Below, piece after piece: positions 24,910 through 34,390 of a stretch of 64,000 nt of DNA. Positions within the stretch are counted from its first letter, which is position 1. Every line of letters begins with the position of its first letter. A program made the position numbers and the translations under genes. The notes under the pieces are model-generated. The model had not been told where the DNA came from, searched no databases, and saw nothing but the letters and a program-made list of their open reading frames with translations. Source of the stretch: a virus; the IMG/VR virus record IMGVR_UViG_3300016667_000367, positions 1-64,000 of that record. One strand, given 5' to 3'.

Positions 24910-25316
24910 CAATAGTATTTCTTCGTAACGCGTGGCGTACACCTGATGGCACTGTAATTGAAAGTAAGAATAGGTGGGACTATCAGCAGCACGTTGATGC
25001 AGTAACAGGTGAGACTTACTTCTGCGATGGTATGGAGTTTTATATCAGGACAAGTATCAACAAGGTTCCTGCTGAGGATCTTTGCGTGACTACTGAAGAT
25101 CCTTTTGATGAACAAAGGACTTACTTCATGTGGACTTCGTGGTATGATGCTGGTGGTGAAAGACTTGATCAGCCAGTACGTAGACCTCTGAAGTACTTGA
25201 GCAAGGAGCATATCCAAGCTATACTCAATACTCAGAAGCACATCAAAGGTACTTACGTTGAGGACTTGATGCTTAAGGAACTTGAATACAGGAAAAAGAT
25301 TGATGGATGTAATTAA
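24906..25316 (+). CDS. hypothetical protein (136 aa)
   Basis: ORF track. Confidence 0.5.
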   Translation: MTIVFLRNAWRTPDGTVIESKNRWDYQQHVDAVTGETYFCDGMEFYIRTSINKVPAEDLCVTTEDPFDEQRTYFMWTSWYDAGGERLDQPVRRPLKYLSKEHIQAILNTQKHIKGTYVEDLMLKELEYRKKIDGCN

Positions 25317-25442
25317 ATATTGGGATGCAATCAGGAAGCATACTAATGATCCTAGAGATTGGAGTATGCTGAGTTCTCAGGAGCAACAGATGGTTGTTCA
25401 GAGTATTAACTTAATGATAGCTGTTTTATCTAACTACCGAGG
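25299..25442 (+). CDS. small protein (47 aa)
   Basis: hand-translated MDVIKYWDAIRKHTNDPRDW...; overlaps both neighbours. Confidence 0.25.
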
Positions 25443-25447
25443 TTGAT

Positions 25448-25639
25448 ATGCAAGAGACTAAATACAAGCAAGTACCTTTTGAAGTCATTGAGGTGTGGTA
25501 CAACGATATCTACACACCTTATACTTTTAAACCTACTCGCAATGATTCAGAATTGAACTATGCAATTAAGATAGGAAATGAAGTGTTCTTGCTTGGTGAT
25601 AGTAATCATATAATTCATATTTGTGACTTCAATGAATGA
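25448..25639 (+). CDS. hypothetical protein (63 aa)
   Basis: ORF track. Confidence 0.45.
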   Translation: MQETKYKQVPFEVIEVWYNDIYTPYTFKPTRNDSELNYAIKIGNEVFLLGDSNHIIHICDFNE

Positions 25640-25977
25640 ATATGAATGACTTTAAAGTAATCCAAGTATGCAGTGAGACATTTATACAAGGTAATGTCTT
25701 TGCTGTTTATTATTTCCTAAAGCATAGAGAAGCAATTAATGAAGGCAAGTACTGAATAAAGTTTCTTGAGTAGTTCAATGAACTAGAGGTATTTGGATTA
25801 CGCAGTGAACGATTTTATAATTAACTTAATGAATGCAGGACCATGTAATGCAGAGAAAATAATGTGCTTCTATTGTTGAAAGCTGTTATGAAGACATGAC
25901 ACAGGAACAATTCAAAAATACGCCATGCATCAGAAAGTGCATAAAGAATAACTTGGTTGTAGATATAAAAGGAAAGC

Positions 25978-26445
25978 ATGATTAAATACAGAAAAGGCAA
26001 TCTACTTGACGTTACAGAAGGTATTATCCTTCACGGATGTAATGCACAAGGCGTGATGGGCTCTGGGGTTGCTCTTGCTGTTAAGCAGAAGTATCCAGAA
26101 GCGTATTATGACTACAAGTTAGAATATGAACAGCGTCAAAATCGTCTATACCTAGGGCAGATTATTTGGAGCACAGATTTACATAACAAGCCAGACTTAA
26201 TGCTAGGCAATGCTATTGTGCAAGAAAACTACGGTAGAGATAAAAAGCGATATGTTAACTATGCAGCTCTAGCTACAGTATTTACAGCAGCAATCTCAAA
26301 AGCAAGATGCTATTCCTGTACTCTTAATTTTCCTAAAATTGGTGCTGGTCTTGGAGGTGGAGATTGGAACATTATTGAACAGATTATTAATGATTGTGAT
26401 CCAAAAGATGAAGTAACAAAGATTTGCTGGGAATTTAAAGTGTGA
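25978..26445 (+). CDS. macro-domain protein (ADP-ribose binding/processing)
   Basis: GNLLDV..GIILHGCNAQGVMGSGVALAV matches the macro-domain core. Confidence 0.6.
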   Translation: MIKYRKGNLLDVTEGIILHGCNAQGVMGSGVALAVKQKYPEAYYDYKLEYEQRQNRLYLGQIIWSTDLHNKPDLMLGNAIVQENYGRDKKRYVNYAALATVFTAAISKARCYSCTLNFPKIGAGLGGGDWNIIEQIINDCDPKDEVTKICWEFKV

Positions 26446-26645
26446 AAAAATCTAAAGCAAGTACTGAAGAGAAGTTCCTTGAGTGGTTCAATGAAGTAGA
26501 AGGATTTGGTTTACGTAGTGAAAGGTTTTATACTTCACTTGATGAATTTAGAACAAGAGAAGGCCAGGCAGCTAGTATGATGTTGTGGTTGAAAGCTGCT
26601 TACGAGCAGGGTTTTAATGATGCTATTAATCAAAAGGATGAATAA
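26442..26645 (+). CDS. hypothetical protein (67 aa); a decayed copy lies at about 25745..25835
   Basis: ORF track. Confidence 0.45.
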   Translation: MKKSKASTEEKFLEWFNEVEGFGLRSERFYTSLDEFRTREGQAASMMLWLKAAYEQGFNDAINQKDE

Positions 26646-27571
26646 TGATTCCAAATAATTTCAAGCCAATGCTAGCTATCAACCAAGATAAAGTCAGCAC
26701 TCAACCTAGCACTAGGTATTGCAGTCAGAAGTTGGATGGCGTGCGTGTACTGTTCTTCGGTGGTGTTGCTTACAGCAGAAGTCTTAAGCCTTTGCCTAAC
26801 AAGCTACTGCAGAAGCTAGCTCAGGATAACGCAGAGATCCTTGAAAGTTGCGATGGTGAAGTTATTGCTGGCCCTAGGATTACAGCAGAGGGTGTTCTTC
26901 AAAGGACCACTAGCTTCTGTATGTCAGCGGATAGTACTGATGAATTTAATGTATATCTGTTTGATAAGTACATTCCTGATACTTACTGGTATAAAAGGTT
27001 TAGTGAATTACTTGATATTGAGAAATACTTGCCGGATCGTGTAAAAGTTCTTCAGCATTTCTTTGTTCCTGAAAAATACTCAGTACCTCCAGTTTCAGCA
27101 AGTTTGGTTAATCTTGAGGAATTTGAGAAGGATGTACTTGAGTCAGGTGGTGAAGGCGTAATGGTTCGTGATGCATTTGGTTTCTACAAATGCGGTAGGT
27201 CAGGTAAAAGGACTCCTGAGCTTCAGAAGTACAAACGATTTGACGACATGGAGTTTGAGGTAGTAGGATACCAGCAGTTTGAGAGCAACCAGAACGAAGC
27301 AGAGAAGAACGAACTAGGGTATACTAAGCGCAGTACAAGCAAGGAAGGTAAGGTGCTTGTTGAGCAGCTAGGAAGCCTTGTGTGCAAGCTACCTGACGGC
27401 AGGACTTTCAACGTAGGATCAGGATTTACCTTGCAGCAACGCAAGGAACTCTGGGAGACTAAGGATGAACTTTGTGGTAGACTAGCTAAGGTGCAGTACT
27501 TTGGATTTAGTCCTGATGGTGTACCATTGCTTCCTGTGTTCTTGGATTTTCGTAGTGAAATGGATATATAA
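26645..27571 (+). CDS. ATP-dependent DNA ligase
   Basis: adenylation motif I QKLDGVR (KxDG). Confidence 0.7.
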   Translation: MIPNNFKPMLAINQDKVSTQPSTRYCSQKLDGVRVLFFGGVAYSRSLKPLPNKLLQKLAQDNAEILESCDGEVIAGPRITAEGVLQRTTSFCMSADSTDEFNVYLFDKYIPDTYWYKRFSELLDIEKYLPDRVKVLQHFFVPEKYSVPPVSASLVNLEEFEKDVLESGGEGVMVRDAFGFYKCGRSGKRTPELQKYKRFDDMEFEVVGYQQFESNQNEAEKNELGYTKRSTSKEGKVLVEQLGSLVCKLPDGRTFNVGSGFTLQQRKELWETKDELCGRLAKVQYFGFSPDGVPLLPVFLDFRSEMDI

Positions 27572-27790
27572 ATGAAATTCTATAACCCATTCAAATGGCA
27601 TATACGACAAGTAGGTAATAAATACGTAGTTGCAAAAAGAGGTATTCTTTTCTGGTACTTTATCGACAAGGATGATTTCTTTGATTGGTCAAATGCATCA
27701 AGTTTTTGGAGAATTCATTGCCTAATTGATTCTAAGGAAAAAGCTAAATATTTATTGCAACAGGTTAAACAACAAGGTTTTGTGGAGTGA
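27572..27790 (+). CDS. hypothetical protein (72 aa)
   Basis: ORF track. Confidence 0.45.
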   Translation: MKFYNPFKWHIRQVGNKYVVAKRGILFWYFIDKDDFFDWSNASSFWRIHCLIDSKEKAKYLLQQVKQQGFVE

Positions 27791-27793
27791 ATA

Positions 27794-28849
27794 ATGCGTA
27801 AACTTGCAAGCATTCGGCGTATCTCTGAAGTCAAAGCAATCGAAGGTGCTGATAAAATTGAGGCATACCGCGTAGACGGTTGGTGGGTTGTTGATAAGGT
27901 AGGGAAGTACAAAGTAAACGATGCTGTAGTTTATTTTGAGGTTGATAGCTTTATACCTAACTACCTAGCTGCATTCCTATCTAAAGGCAAGGAACCTTCT
28001 GAATACGAAGGAATACAAGGTGAGCGTTTACGTACAATTCGGCTTCGTAAGCAAATTAGCCAAGGGCTTATCATGCATCCTTCTGAGATTCCTGACTTTA
28101 TTCACGTTTACTATAACGCTTCAGATCGGCATGCTTTGCGGAAGTACACCTACGATGATGTCTATGAGGAGTACGCAGAGGGTGATGATTTAAGTGAATC
28201 ACTTGGTATTATTAAGTGGGAACCTAAGCTGCCCGCTCAACTAGCTGGTCAAGTACGTGGAGTATTCCCTAGTAAAATCCCTAAGACAGATCAGGAGCGA
28301 GTACAGAACATTGACATAGAGCAGTATCATGGGGAAACCTATGAGGTCACTGAGAAGCTACATGGAAGTTCTTGCACGTTCTACCTTGACAAGGATGGTG
28401 ACTTTCATGTATGCTCTCGGAACTACGATCTTAAGTATGACGAAAGCAATGCTTACTGGAAGGCTGCAATCAAGTACAATGCAGAGGTAGAGATGAAAAG
28501 ACTTGGCTTGTACGGTTATGCAATCCAAGGTGAACTCTGCGGTGAAGGTATCAACGGAAACAACTACAAGCTAGGTCTGGACTTCTTTGTCTTTGATATC
28601 TACATCGTAGGTGTAGGATACTTGATGCCTTATCGCAGGCAGCAACTAACAGAAGAACTTGGCTTGAAGCACGTACCTGTAGTTGATAGCGAGTATTTGC
28701 TGTATGATACAAAGGATGCGTTACTAGCTAAGGCTGATGGCAAGTCAGTACTGGCGGGTTGCAAGAGGGAGGGATTTGTGTTTAAATCTCATGAGTCAGA
28801 CAGGACTTTTAAGGTTGTGTCAAATGATTGGTTGTTGAAGTATGAGTAA
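27794..28849 (+). CDS. RNA ligase, Rnl2 family
   Basis: motif I TEKLHGSS (KxHGs) and YAIQGELCGEGINGNNY nucleotidyltransferase motifs resemble T4 Rnl2. Confidence 0.6.
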   Translation: MRKLASIRRISEVKAIEGADKIEAYRVDGWWVVDKVGKYKVNDAVVYFEVDSFIPNYLAAFLSKGKEPSEYEGIQGERLRTIRLRKQISQGLIMHPSEIPDFIHVYYNASDRHALRKYTYDDVYEEYAEGDDLSESLGIIKWEPKLPAQLAGQVRGVFPSKIPKTDQERVQNIDIEQYHGETYEVTEKLHGSSCTFYLDKDGDFHVCSRNYDLKYDESNAYWKAAIKYNAEVEMKRLGLYGYAIQGELCGEGINGNNYKLGLDFFVFDIYIVGVGYLMPYRRQQLTEELGLKHVPVVDSEYLLYDTKDALLAKADGKSVLAGCKREGFVFKSHESDRTFKVVSNDWLLKYE

Positions 28850-28872
28850 TTAAGTAATTCCAAGGAGTGCAT

Positions 28873-28977
28873 TTGAGTAAGTTTATTAAACATACCTCAT
28901 GCACTTCATGCGGTAGCAAGGATAACTTTGCACTGCTTCCTGTGTTTCTTGCGTTCAGATATGAAAGAGATATGTGA
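28873..28977 (+). CDS. short TTG-start ORF encoding a zinc-ribbon fragment (HTSCTSCGSKDNFALLP) like the N-terminal zinc-binding domain of T7 gp4
   Basis: hand-translated; -1 frame relative to the next ORF. Confidence 0.25.
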   Translation: MSKFIKHTSCTSCGSKDNFALLPVFLAFRYERDM

Positions 28978-29138
28978 GTAAAAACCTAGAAGATGTATTC
29001 GTTTGGCCTGACGGTAGCTGGTGCTATAGGTGTGAAATTCATGAGTACAGGTGGATCTCAGATGATTATTCTGTGGTGGAATACCGTAGTGAAGAGTACA
29101 AAGAATTTTTCATGAAGAAGTTGAAAGGAAATCAGTAA
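28974..29138 (+). CDS. 54-aa ORF (GTG start) encoding the second half of a gp4-like zinc ribbon (PDGSWCYRCEIHEYRW); in-frame with the primase-helicase, separated only by TAA
   Basis: 29139-28974=165 nt, so same frame; read directly. Confidence 0.4.
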   Translation: MSKNLEDVFVWPDGSWCYRCEIHEYRWISDDYSVVEYRSEEYKEFFMKKLKGNQ

Positions 29139-30806
29139 ATGGGTTACTTCAAAGCAGGTAAGAAATCTCTAAACAACGAGGAAAACGAATTCATGTTTGA
29201 AACTAAAGAAACTATCGAAGAAGTTCAAAAATACGGCTTCTACGATGCGGTAGATCGTAAGATTAGTAAAGAAACCTGCAAGCGATTTGGAGTACGCGCT
29301 ACTGTATCTGAAAAAGACGGCAGCACAGTAACTGCTTTCTACTTCCCTTCATACAACCAGAAGGGTAAGTTAGTAGGCTTCATGAAGCAGGATATTACAA
29401 AATCAAAAGAAGAAAAAGGTCATTGGACCGCTGTTGGTTCTGTTACTGTAAGTAACAAGCTATTCGGCCAAGAGATTGCTGAATGTATTAACCGCAAGCA
29501 CAATTCTCTAGTTATTACAGAAGGCTTTTGGGATACTATGTCTGTGTACCAAGCACAGGTTCAAAGTGTCAAAGGCACAAAGTACGAGGGGATGGAGCCA
29601 TTTGTTGTAAGCATCAATCTCGGTACAGCAAACGCTGTTGAGAATATGCTTCATAACGAAGAGTTTGTACGATCTTACGATTCTTGGACCTTGTTTCTGG
29701 ACGATGATTATTGCACACCAGCAGAAACCAAGAAAGGTATCATGAAGGGGCACGAAGCACGAGAAGCTATTGCTAGTGCTTTTGTTGGCAGTGGTATTAG
29801 TTTGATGACTGTAAGCCCTGATGATGGATTTAAAGATGCATCTGATTATATGCAAGCTGGACGTTCAGATGATCTAGCAAAGTTGGTTCAGTTTGGTAAG
29901 CGACCGTATTCTGCTGAGAAGATTGTTAAAGCAAGGGAGATTAGTCTTGAGGAATTACTTGAGCCACGACCAGAAGGTATTTATGTGGATTCATTTCCTA
30001 AGCTGATGGATAAGATTCACGGATTCCGTACATCTGAGTTAGTTCTGCTTACATCGCCTTCAAACACTGGTAAATCAACTGTTTTGTCTTTGTTTGCTAA
30101 TGCGTTTGTTGACGCTGGTGAAAAGATCGGTATGATTTATCTTGAAGAGACAAATAAGGAAACAATGCAACGACTAGTGGCATCTAAACTTAAAGTAAAC
30201 TATCTAAAGTTTAAAGATAAACCGCTAGAACTTGCTACTATGGAAGAAATTCAAGAAGCATATGATGACATTGTAAATAATGATAAGTTAGTAATGCTTT
30301 CTCATTTCGGATCGCTGCCTGTTTCAGAACTTATGAACAAGATCAAGCATATGCATTTGGTTGAAGGATGCAAGTACATCATGTTGGATCACTTATCAAT
30401 GGTTATTTCTGGTCTTGAGACTGATAATGAACGAAAACAACTGGATATTGTTATGACTGAGCTTGCGGCATTTTGCGCAGCAAATCAAGTTTGCGTGATC
30501 GCAGTGTCACACATCAATCGCACTAACGCAAACCAGTTTGTAGCACCGAAAGGCAAAGAAAACGAACCTTATTGGGTACAAGTCACAAAGGAGTCAATGC
30601 GAGGCAGTTCCAGTTTGGAACAGCTTAGTTTCATTATCCTTGGTCTTGAACCGCAAATCATGCCTGATCGTAGTCGCGGGAATGTTCGTCTGACTGTTCT
30701 TAAAAATCGCCCTTGGGGTTATCTTGGTGTATGCGATGAATTTAAGATTGATGATAATACTTGGCAAGTTGTCCTAGCAGAGGAAGAAGCTATTGATGCT
30801 TTCTGA
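29139..30806 (+). CDS. primase-helicase (T7 gp4-like: TOPRIM primase plus DnaB-type helicase)
   Basis: TOPRIM ITEGFWD; Walker A SPSNTGKST; Walker B IMLDHLS. Confidence 0.8.
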   Translation: MGYFKAGKKSLNNEENEFMFETKETIEEVQKYGFYDAVDRKISKETCKRFGVRATVSEKDGSTVTAFYFPSYNQKGKLVGFMKQDITKSKEEKGHWTAVGSVTVSNKLFGQEIAECINRKHNSLVITEGFWDTMSVYQAQVQSVKGTKYEGMEPFVVSINLGTANAVENMLHNEEFVRSYDSWTLFLDDDYCTPAETKKGIMKGHEAREAIASAFVGSGISLMTVSPDDGFKDASDYMQAGRSDDLAKLVQFGKRPYSAEKIVKAREISLEELLEPRPEGIYVDSFPKLMDKIHGFRTSELVLLTSPSNTGKSTVLSLFANAFVDAGEKIGMIYLEETNKETMQRLVASKLKVNYLKFKDKPLELATMEEIQEAYDDIVNNDKLVMLSHFGSLPVSELMNKIKHMHLVEGCKYIMLDHLSMVISGLETDNERKQLDIVMTELAAFCAANQVCVIAVSHINRTNANQFVAPKGKENEPYWVQVTKESMRGSSSLEQLSFIILGLEPQIMPDRSRGNVRLTVLKNRPWGYLGVCDEFKIDDNTWQVVLAEEEAIDAF

Positions 30807-30836
30807 TTAGGACTAGGATTAGGAAAGATATATTAT

Positions 30837-30865
30837 TTGACAGCCAATAAAACCTGTGGTAAAAT
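30837..30865 (+). promoter_or_regulatory. consensus-like sigma70 promoter TTGACA-17-TAAAAT for the HNH-AP2 homing endonuclease
   Basis: ttgacagccaataaaacctgtggtaaaat. Confidence 0.5.
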
Positions 30866-30885
30866 ATAGTTTTTAAGGAGATTAT

Positions 30886-32181
30886 ATGTTTACTGAAGGT
30901 TTTATTGGTAAAAATAAGCAAGGACTTACATATGAAGTACTTGATGCAAAGAAATCAAAACAAATTAGGATTCGTTTTGAAGACGGAGTAGAACTAGTAA
31001 CAACAAAACGTTATCTAAGTAACGGACTCCCGCTGCATCCTACAAAATTCAAGATGCTTCCGGGAGACATTCATAAAGACCGAGATTCTGTTGAATTTGA
31101 GCTAATTGAAAAAATAGGCGGAGGGACTTGGAAGATTAGATACTTGAAAGATGGAGTCGAATGCACAAGGGAAACCTCAACAATAAAAGAATGCGGAGGC
31201 AGGCATCCTATTGATTCCGTTCCTGCTGTTGGTGATGTCTATGCAGTTAATTCCGGACTTGTAAAAATTATTGAGTATAAATCAGCGACTGATGTAACAG
31301 TTGAATTTGAAGATGGCTCTGTTGTGAAAACAACTGCAAGCTGCTTAAGGCACAAAAATGTTGGTCATCCGACTTCAGGGATAAAAGTAGGTCAAAAAAG
31401 AACAACAAATAGTGGTTGGGAGTACACCATAGAGAAATATGTTTCTCCTACAGAAGTTTATGTTCGTATGCAGGATGGCTCTATTGAGAAAATTTCTGCG
31501 AGGGATGCAAAAACAGGAGGTTTTAAACCATGTAATCAACCGTCTGTTGCTGGTGTTGGATTTATTGGGCAAGGTAGGTTCACTAATTTGCTTAAGAAAG
31601 ATGGAGAAAAAGCGCCAGAAGAAATTTATAGTTATTGGCACAGAATGATTGGCAGGTGTTACAACCCTGCAGAAATTGTTAAAAATTCTGGAAGAAGATA
31701 TATTTTCGTAAATATATACAAAGACTGGTTCAACTTTCAAAACTTTGCTGAATGGGCTTTGTCTCAACCTAACTGGAACATGCGTCATGATCTAGACAAA
31801 GACCTTTTAGGTAATGGTACAGAGTATTCCCCTGAAAATTGTACATTTCTGCCATCAGAGATAAACGTATTTCTTGCTGAAAACTGGTCAAAGACAACAC
31901 ACGATCTACCTATTGGAGTTCAGTACATTAAACCAGCAACTGTAGGATCAAAAGAAGGGTATGTAGCAAGGTGTCACACAGATAATGGCAGAGAATATCT
32001 TGGGTATTTTGATGATCCAATGGATGCACATATTGCCTACAAAAATACAAAGGAAGCATATGCAAAAGTGCTTGCTGAAAAGTTTAAAGATGTTATAACA
32101 GAAAAAGCTTACAAGGCTTTAATTAATTTTAGACTGACAAAAACTTATTCTGATCCTCCGCACGTTTGTGGCCAGAGCTAA
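30886..32181 (+). CDS. free-standing homing endonuclease of the HNH-AP2 type, with four N-terminal about-45-aa repeat modules and a C-terminal AP2 domain
   Basis: YSYWHRMIGRCYN...WFNFQNFAEW...LDKDLLGNGTEYSPENCTF; AP2-like LPIGVQYIKP...YLGYFDDPMDAHIAY; paralog of 7726..8514. Confidence 0.6.
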   Translation: MFTEGFIGKNKQGLTYEVLDAKKSKQIRIRFEDGVELVTTKRYLSNGLPLHPTKFKMLPGDIHKDRDSVEFELIEKIGGGTWKIRYLKDGVECTRETSTIKECGGRHPIDSVPAVGDVYAVNSGLVKIIEYKSATDVTVEFEDGSVVKTTASCLRHKNVGHPTSGIKVGQKRTTNSGWEYTIEKYVSPTEVYVRMQDGSIEKISARDAKTGGFKPCNQPSVAGVGFIGQGRFTNLLKKDGEKAPEEIYSYWHRMIGRCYNPAEIVKNSGRRYIFVNIYKDWFNFQNFAEWALSQPNWNMRHDLDKDLLGNGTEYSPENCTFLPSEINVFLAENWSKTTHDLPIGVQYIKPATVGSKEGYVARCHTDNGREYLGYFDDPMDAHIAYKNTKEAYAKVLAEKFKDVITEKAYKALINFRLTKTYSDPPHVCGQS

Positions 32182-32251
32182 AACCAACAGCCAGCCTTGC
32201 GCTGGCTTTTCTTTTTGTGCTATACTTCACTTAAAGTAAGAAAGGAAAACC

Positions 32252-34333
32252 ATGACGCAAGGATACTGCTTTGACATTGAGTGCGATAACTTCTACCTGC
32301 AAAGCAAGCAAGTATGGGTTGTCTCATTGATGTCTCTTGATAAGAAGAGAAAGCTAGACATCTTCCCGTACAAGGAAGGTAAGGAAGCATCCTACAAAAA
32401 GTTCATGGAGTGGCACAACTCATTCGGTGAAGAACCAATGGTTGTATCCTTCAACGGTATAGGTTTTGATCACTGGATTTTATGGAAGCACCTTGGTATT
32501 TCTTTCCATGTAGGTAAGAAAGGTAAGGACTGGATTGATATGCAACCATGTCGTATCGTTGATCTGTTTATCTTGTCTCAGTTTGTAGAACCAGATCGTC
32601 CAAGGCATAGTCTTGCTTCCTACGGTGAAGAACTAGGTAATGCAAAGATCGACTTTCACGACTTCTCGCAGTTCTCTGAAGAAATGCTTACGTATTGCCA
32701 GCAGGACGTTAATGTAACCGTAGACACTTATCGAAATCTTGCAGGAAAGCTGAATAAGATGTACGTAGGTTTCTATGGTAATGAATATAACGGTCAGCAC
32801 AAAGAGCCTTTCAAGGCTATCCAGAAGGATTACTATCTATATGCAGCGCAGGCTTACACCGGGATAAAGTTCAACCAAGAAGCAGCTAAGAAGCTAGTAG
32901 TTGAGATTGATAAAGAGATGCTTGATATTGAAGCCGAGGTTCTTCCACAGCTCCCCCCAAGAAAACTAAAAGAGGGTGAGAAGAAATTCTATACAATTCC
33001 TTCAAAGCCTTTTAAGAAGTCAGGGGAGTTAAGCACTACGATGCTTAACTGGATTGCTAAACACAATGCAGAAATCAAGGATCGTTCTTTTATTGCTTAT
33101 GGTAAAGAATACAAAATCGAGGCTAACAAGTTGCTTGACATTGAACTTCCTATGGAAATTAAAGATGGAGATGACATCAAGAGCTGGCTGATTTCTCGTG
33201 GATGGCGACCAAGTTTTTGGAACTTTAAACGAGATCCTAATACTGGAAAACCAATGCGTGACGATAAGGGTGAAGTTATTACAACGACACCAAAGTTGCA
33301 AGAGATGGGTAAGATTTGCCCAAATCTGTTGCTTATTGACGGTGAACTTCCAAAAAAGATCGTTAGGTTCTTGTCTCTACGTAACAGGCGATCTGTTGTT
33401 TCTGGGTGGCTTGATCATTGGAGGCTTGCCTTTGATGGCAGGCTTCCTGCAGAGATTACAGGATATACTCCAACTTTTCGCGTAAAGCATTCTTGTATTG
33501 TCAATCTACCGAAAGCATCTCCAGAAGTTATCAAGGGTTATGAGGTGCGGTCATTGTTTGTTAGTGACGATGATATGAAATACGTTTCTGCTGATGCTGC
33601 TGCTCTTGAAAATAGAACAGTTGCTGACTACACGTATGATTTCGACAACGGTGCTTTCGCTGACCTTGTGCTTAACGGGGATTCTCATTCGTTCAATGCT
33701 AAGATTTTCTTCCCAGAACAGACAAAGGATTTCGATCCAAGTTGTAAGGATTTTAATAAAGATGATCCAATGTTTAAGCCATATAGAAACAAAGCAAAGA
33801 CTGGTGCCTACAGCCTAGCGTATGGTGCTTCTGTTAAGAAGTTCACAAAGTCATTGGGTTTATCGGATGAAGAAGGTGCAAGGGCATACGAAGGTTACTG
33901 GGATGCTAATAAAGGTCTTAAGTTGTTCAAGGAGCATATCGAGAAAGAGTGGCAAACAAAAGGATCTAAGAAATACATCATGGCAAAAGATGGTAAGTTG
34001 TTGACTGCAAGATCAAAGCACTTGCTTGTAAACTTATCAGGGCAAAGCCTTGGTGCTACTGTCATCACCTACGCAGCCTGTCTTCTTGACAACAAGTTAG
34101 GTTGGATGCAGATTGACGACCTTGGACGACCATACTACACTTACAAGGGTTTCAAGGTTCAGCGGCTTGCTGCCTTCCATGATCAGATTGATATGCAGAC
34201 AGAACCAGAGGTTGCTGAAGAGGTTGGTAAATCAATCGTTGATGCAATAAAGAAAGCTGGTACACTTCTTGGTATCAAGGTACCACTTGACGGTGAGTAC
34301 AAGGTAGGTGATAACGCAGCAGAGATTCACTAA
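32252..34333 (+). CDS. DNA polymerase, family A (T7 gp5-like) with 3'-5' exonuclease
   Basis: exo motif CFDIECDNF; pol motif B RNKAKTGAYSLAYGAS; motif C HDQIDM. Confidence 0.8.
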   Translation: MTQGYCFDIECDNFYLQSKQVWVVSLMSLDKKRKLDIFPYKEGKEASYKKFMEWHNSFGEEPMVVSFNGIGFDHWILWKHLGISFHVGKKGKDWIDMQPCRIVDLFILSQFVEPDRPRHSLASYGEELGNAKIDFHDFSQFSEEMLTYCQQDVNVTVDTYRNLAGKLNKMYVGFYGNEYNGQHKEPFKAIQKDYYLYAAQAYTGIKFNQEAAKKLVVEIDKEMLDIEAEVLPQLPPRKLKEGEKKFYTIPSKPFKKSGELSTTMLNWIAKHNAEIKDRSFIAYGKEYKIEANKLLDIELPMEIKDGDDIKSWLISRGWRPSFWNFKRDPNTGKPMRDDKGEVITTTPKLQEMGKICPNLLLIDGELPKKIVRFLSLRNRRSVVSGWLDHWRLAFDGRLPAEITGYTPTFRVKHSCIVNLPKASPEVIKGYEVRSLFVSDDDMKYVSADAAALENRTVADYTYDFDNGAFADLVLNGDSHSFNAKIFFPEQTKDFDPSCKDFNKDDPMFKPYRNKAKTGAYSLAYGASVKKFTKSLGLSDEEGARAYEGYWDANKGLKLFKEHIEKEWQTKGSKKYIMAKDGKLLTARSKHLLVNLSGQSLGATVITYAACLLDNKLGWMQIDDLGRPYYTYKGFKVQRLAAFHDQIDMQTEPEVAEEVGKSIVDAIKKAGTLLGIKVPLDGEYKVGDNAAEIH

Positions 34334-34390
34334 AAAACCAAGCACAGGCGTAAAAACCTGTGCTATACTCAAGTCTCACAAGGAGAAATC

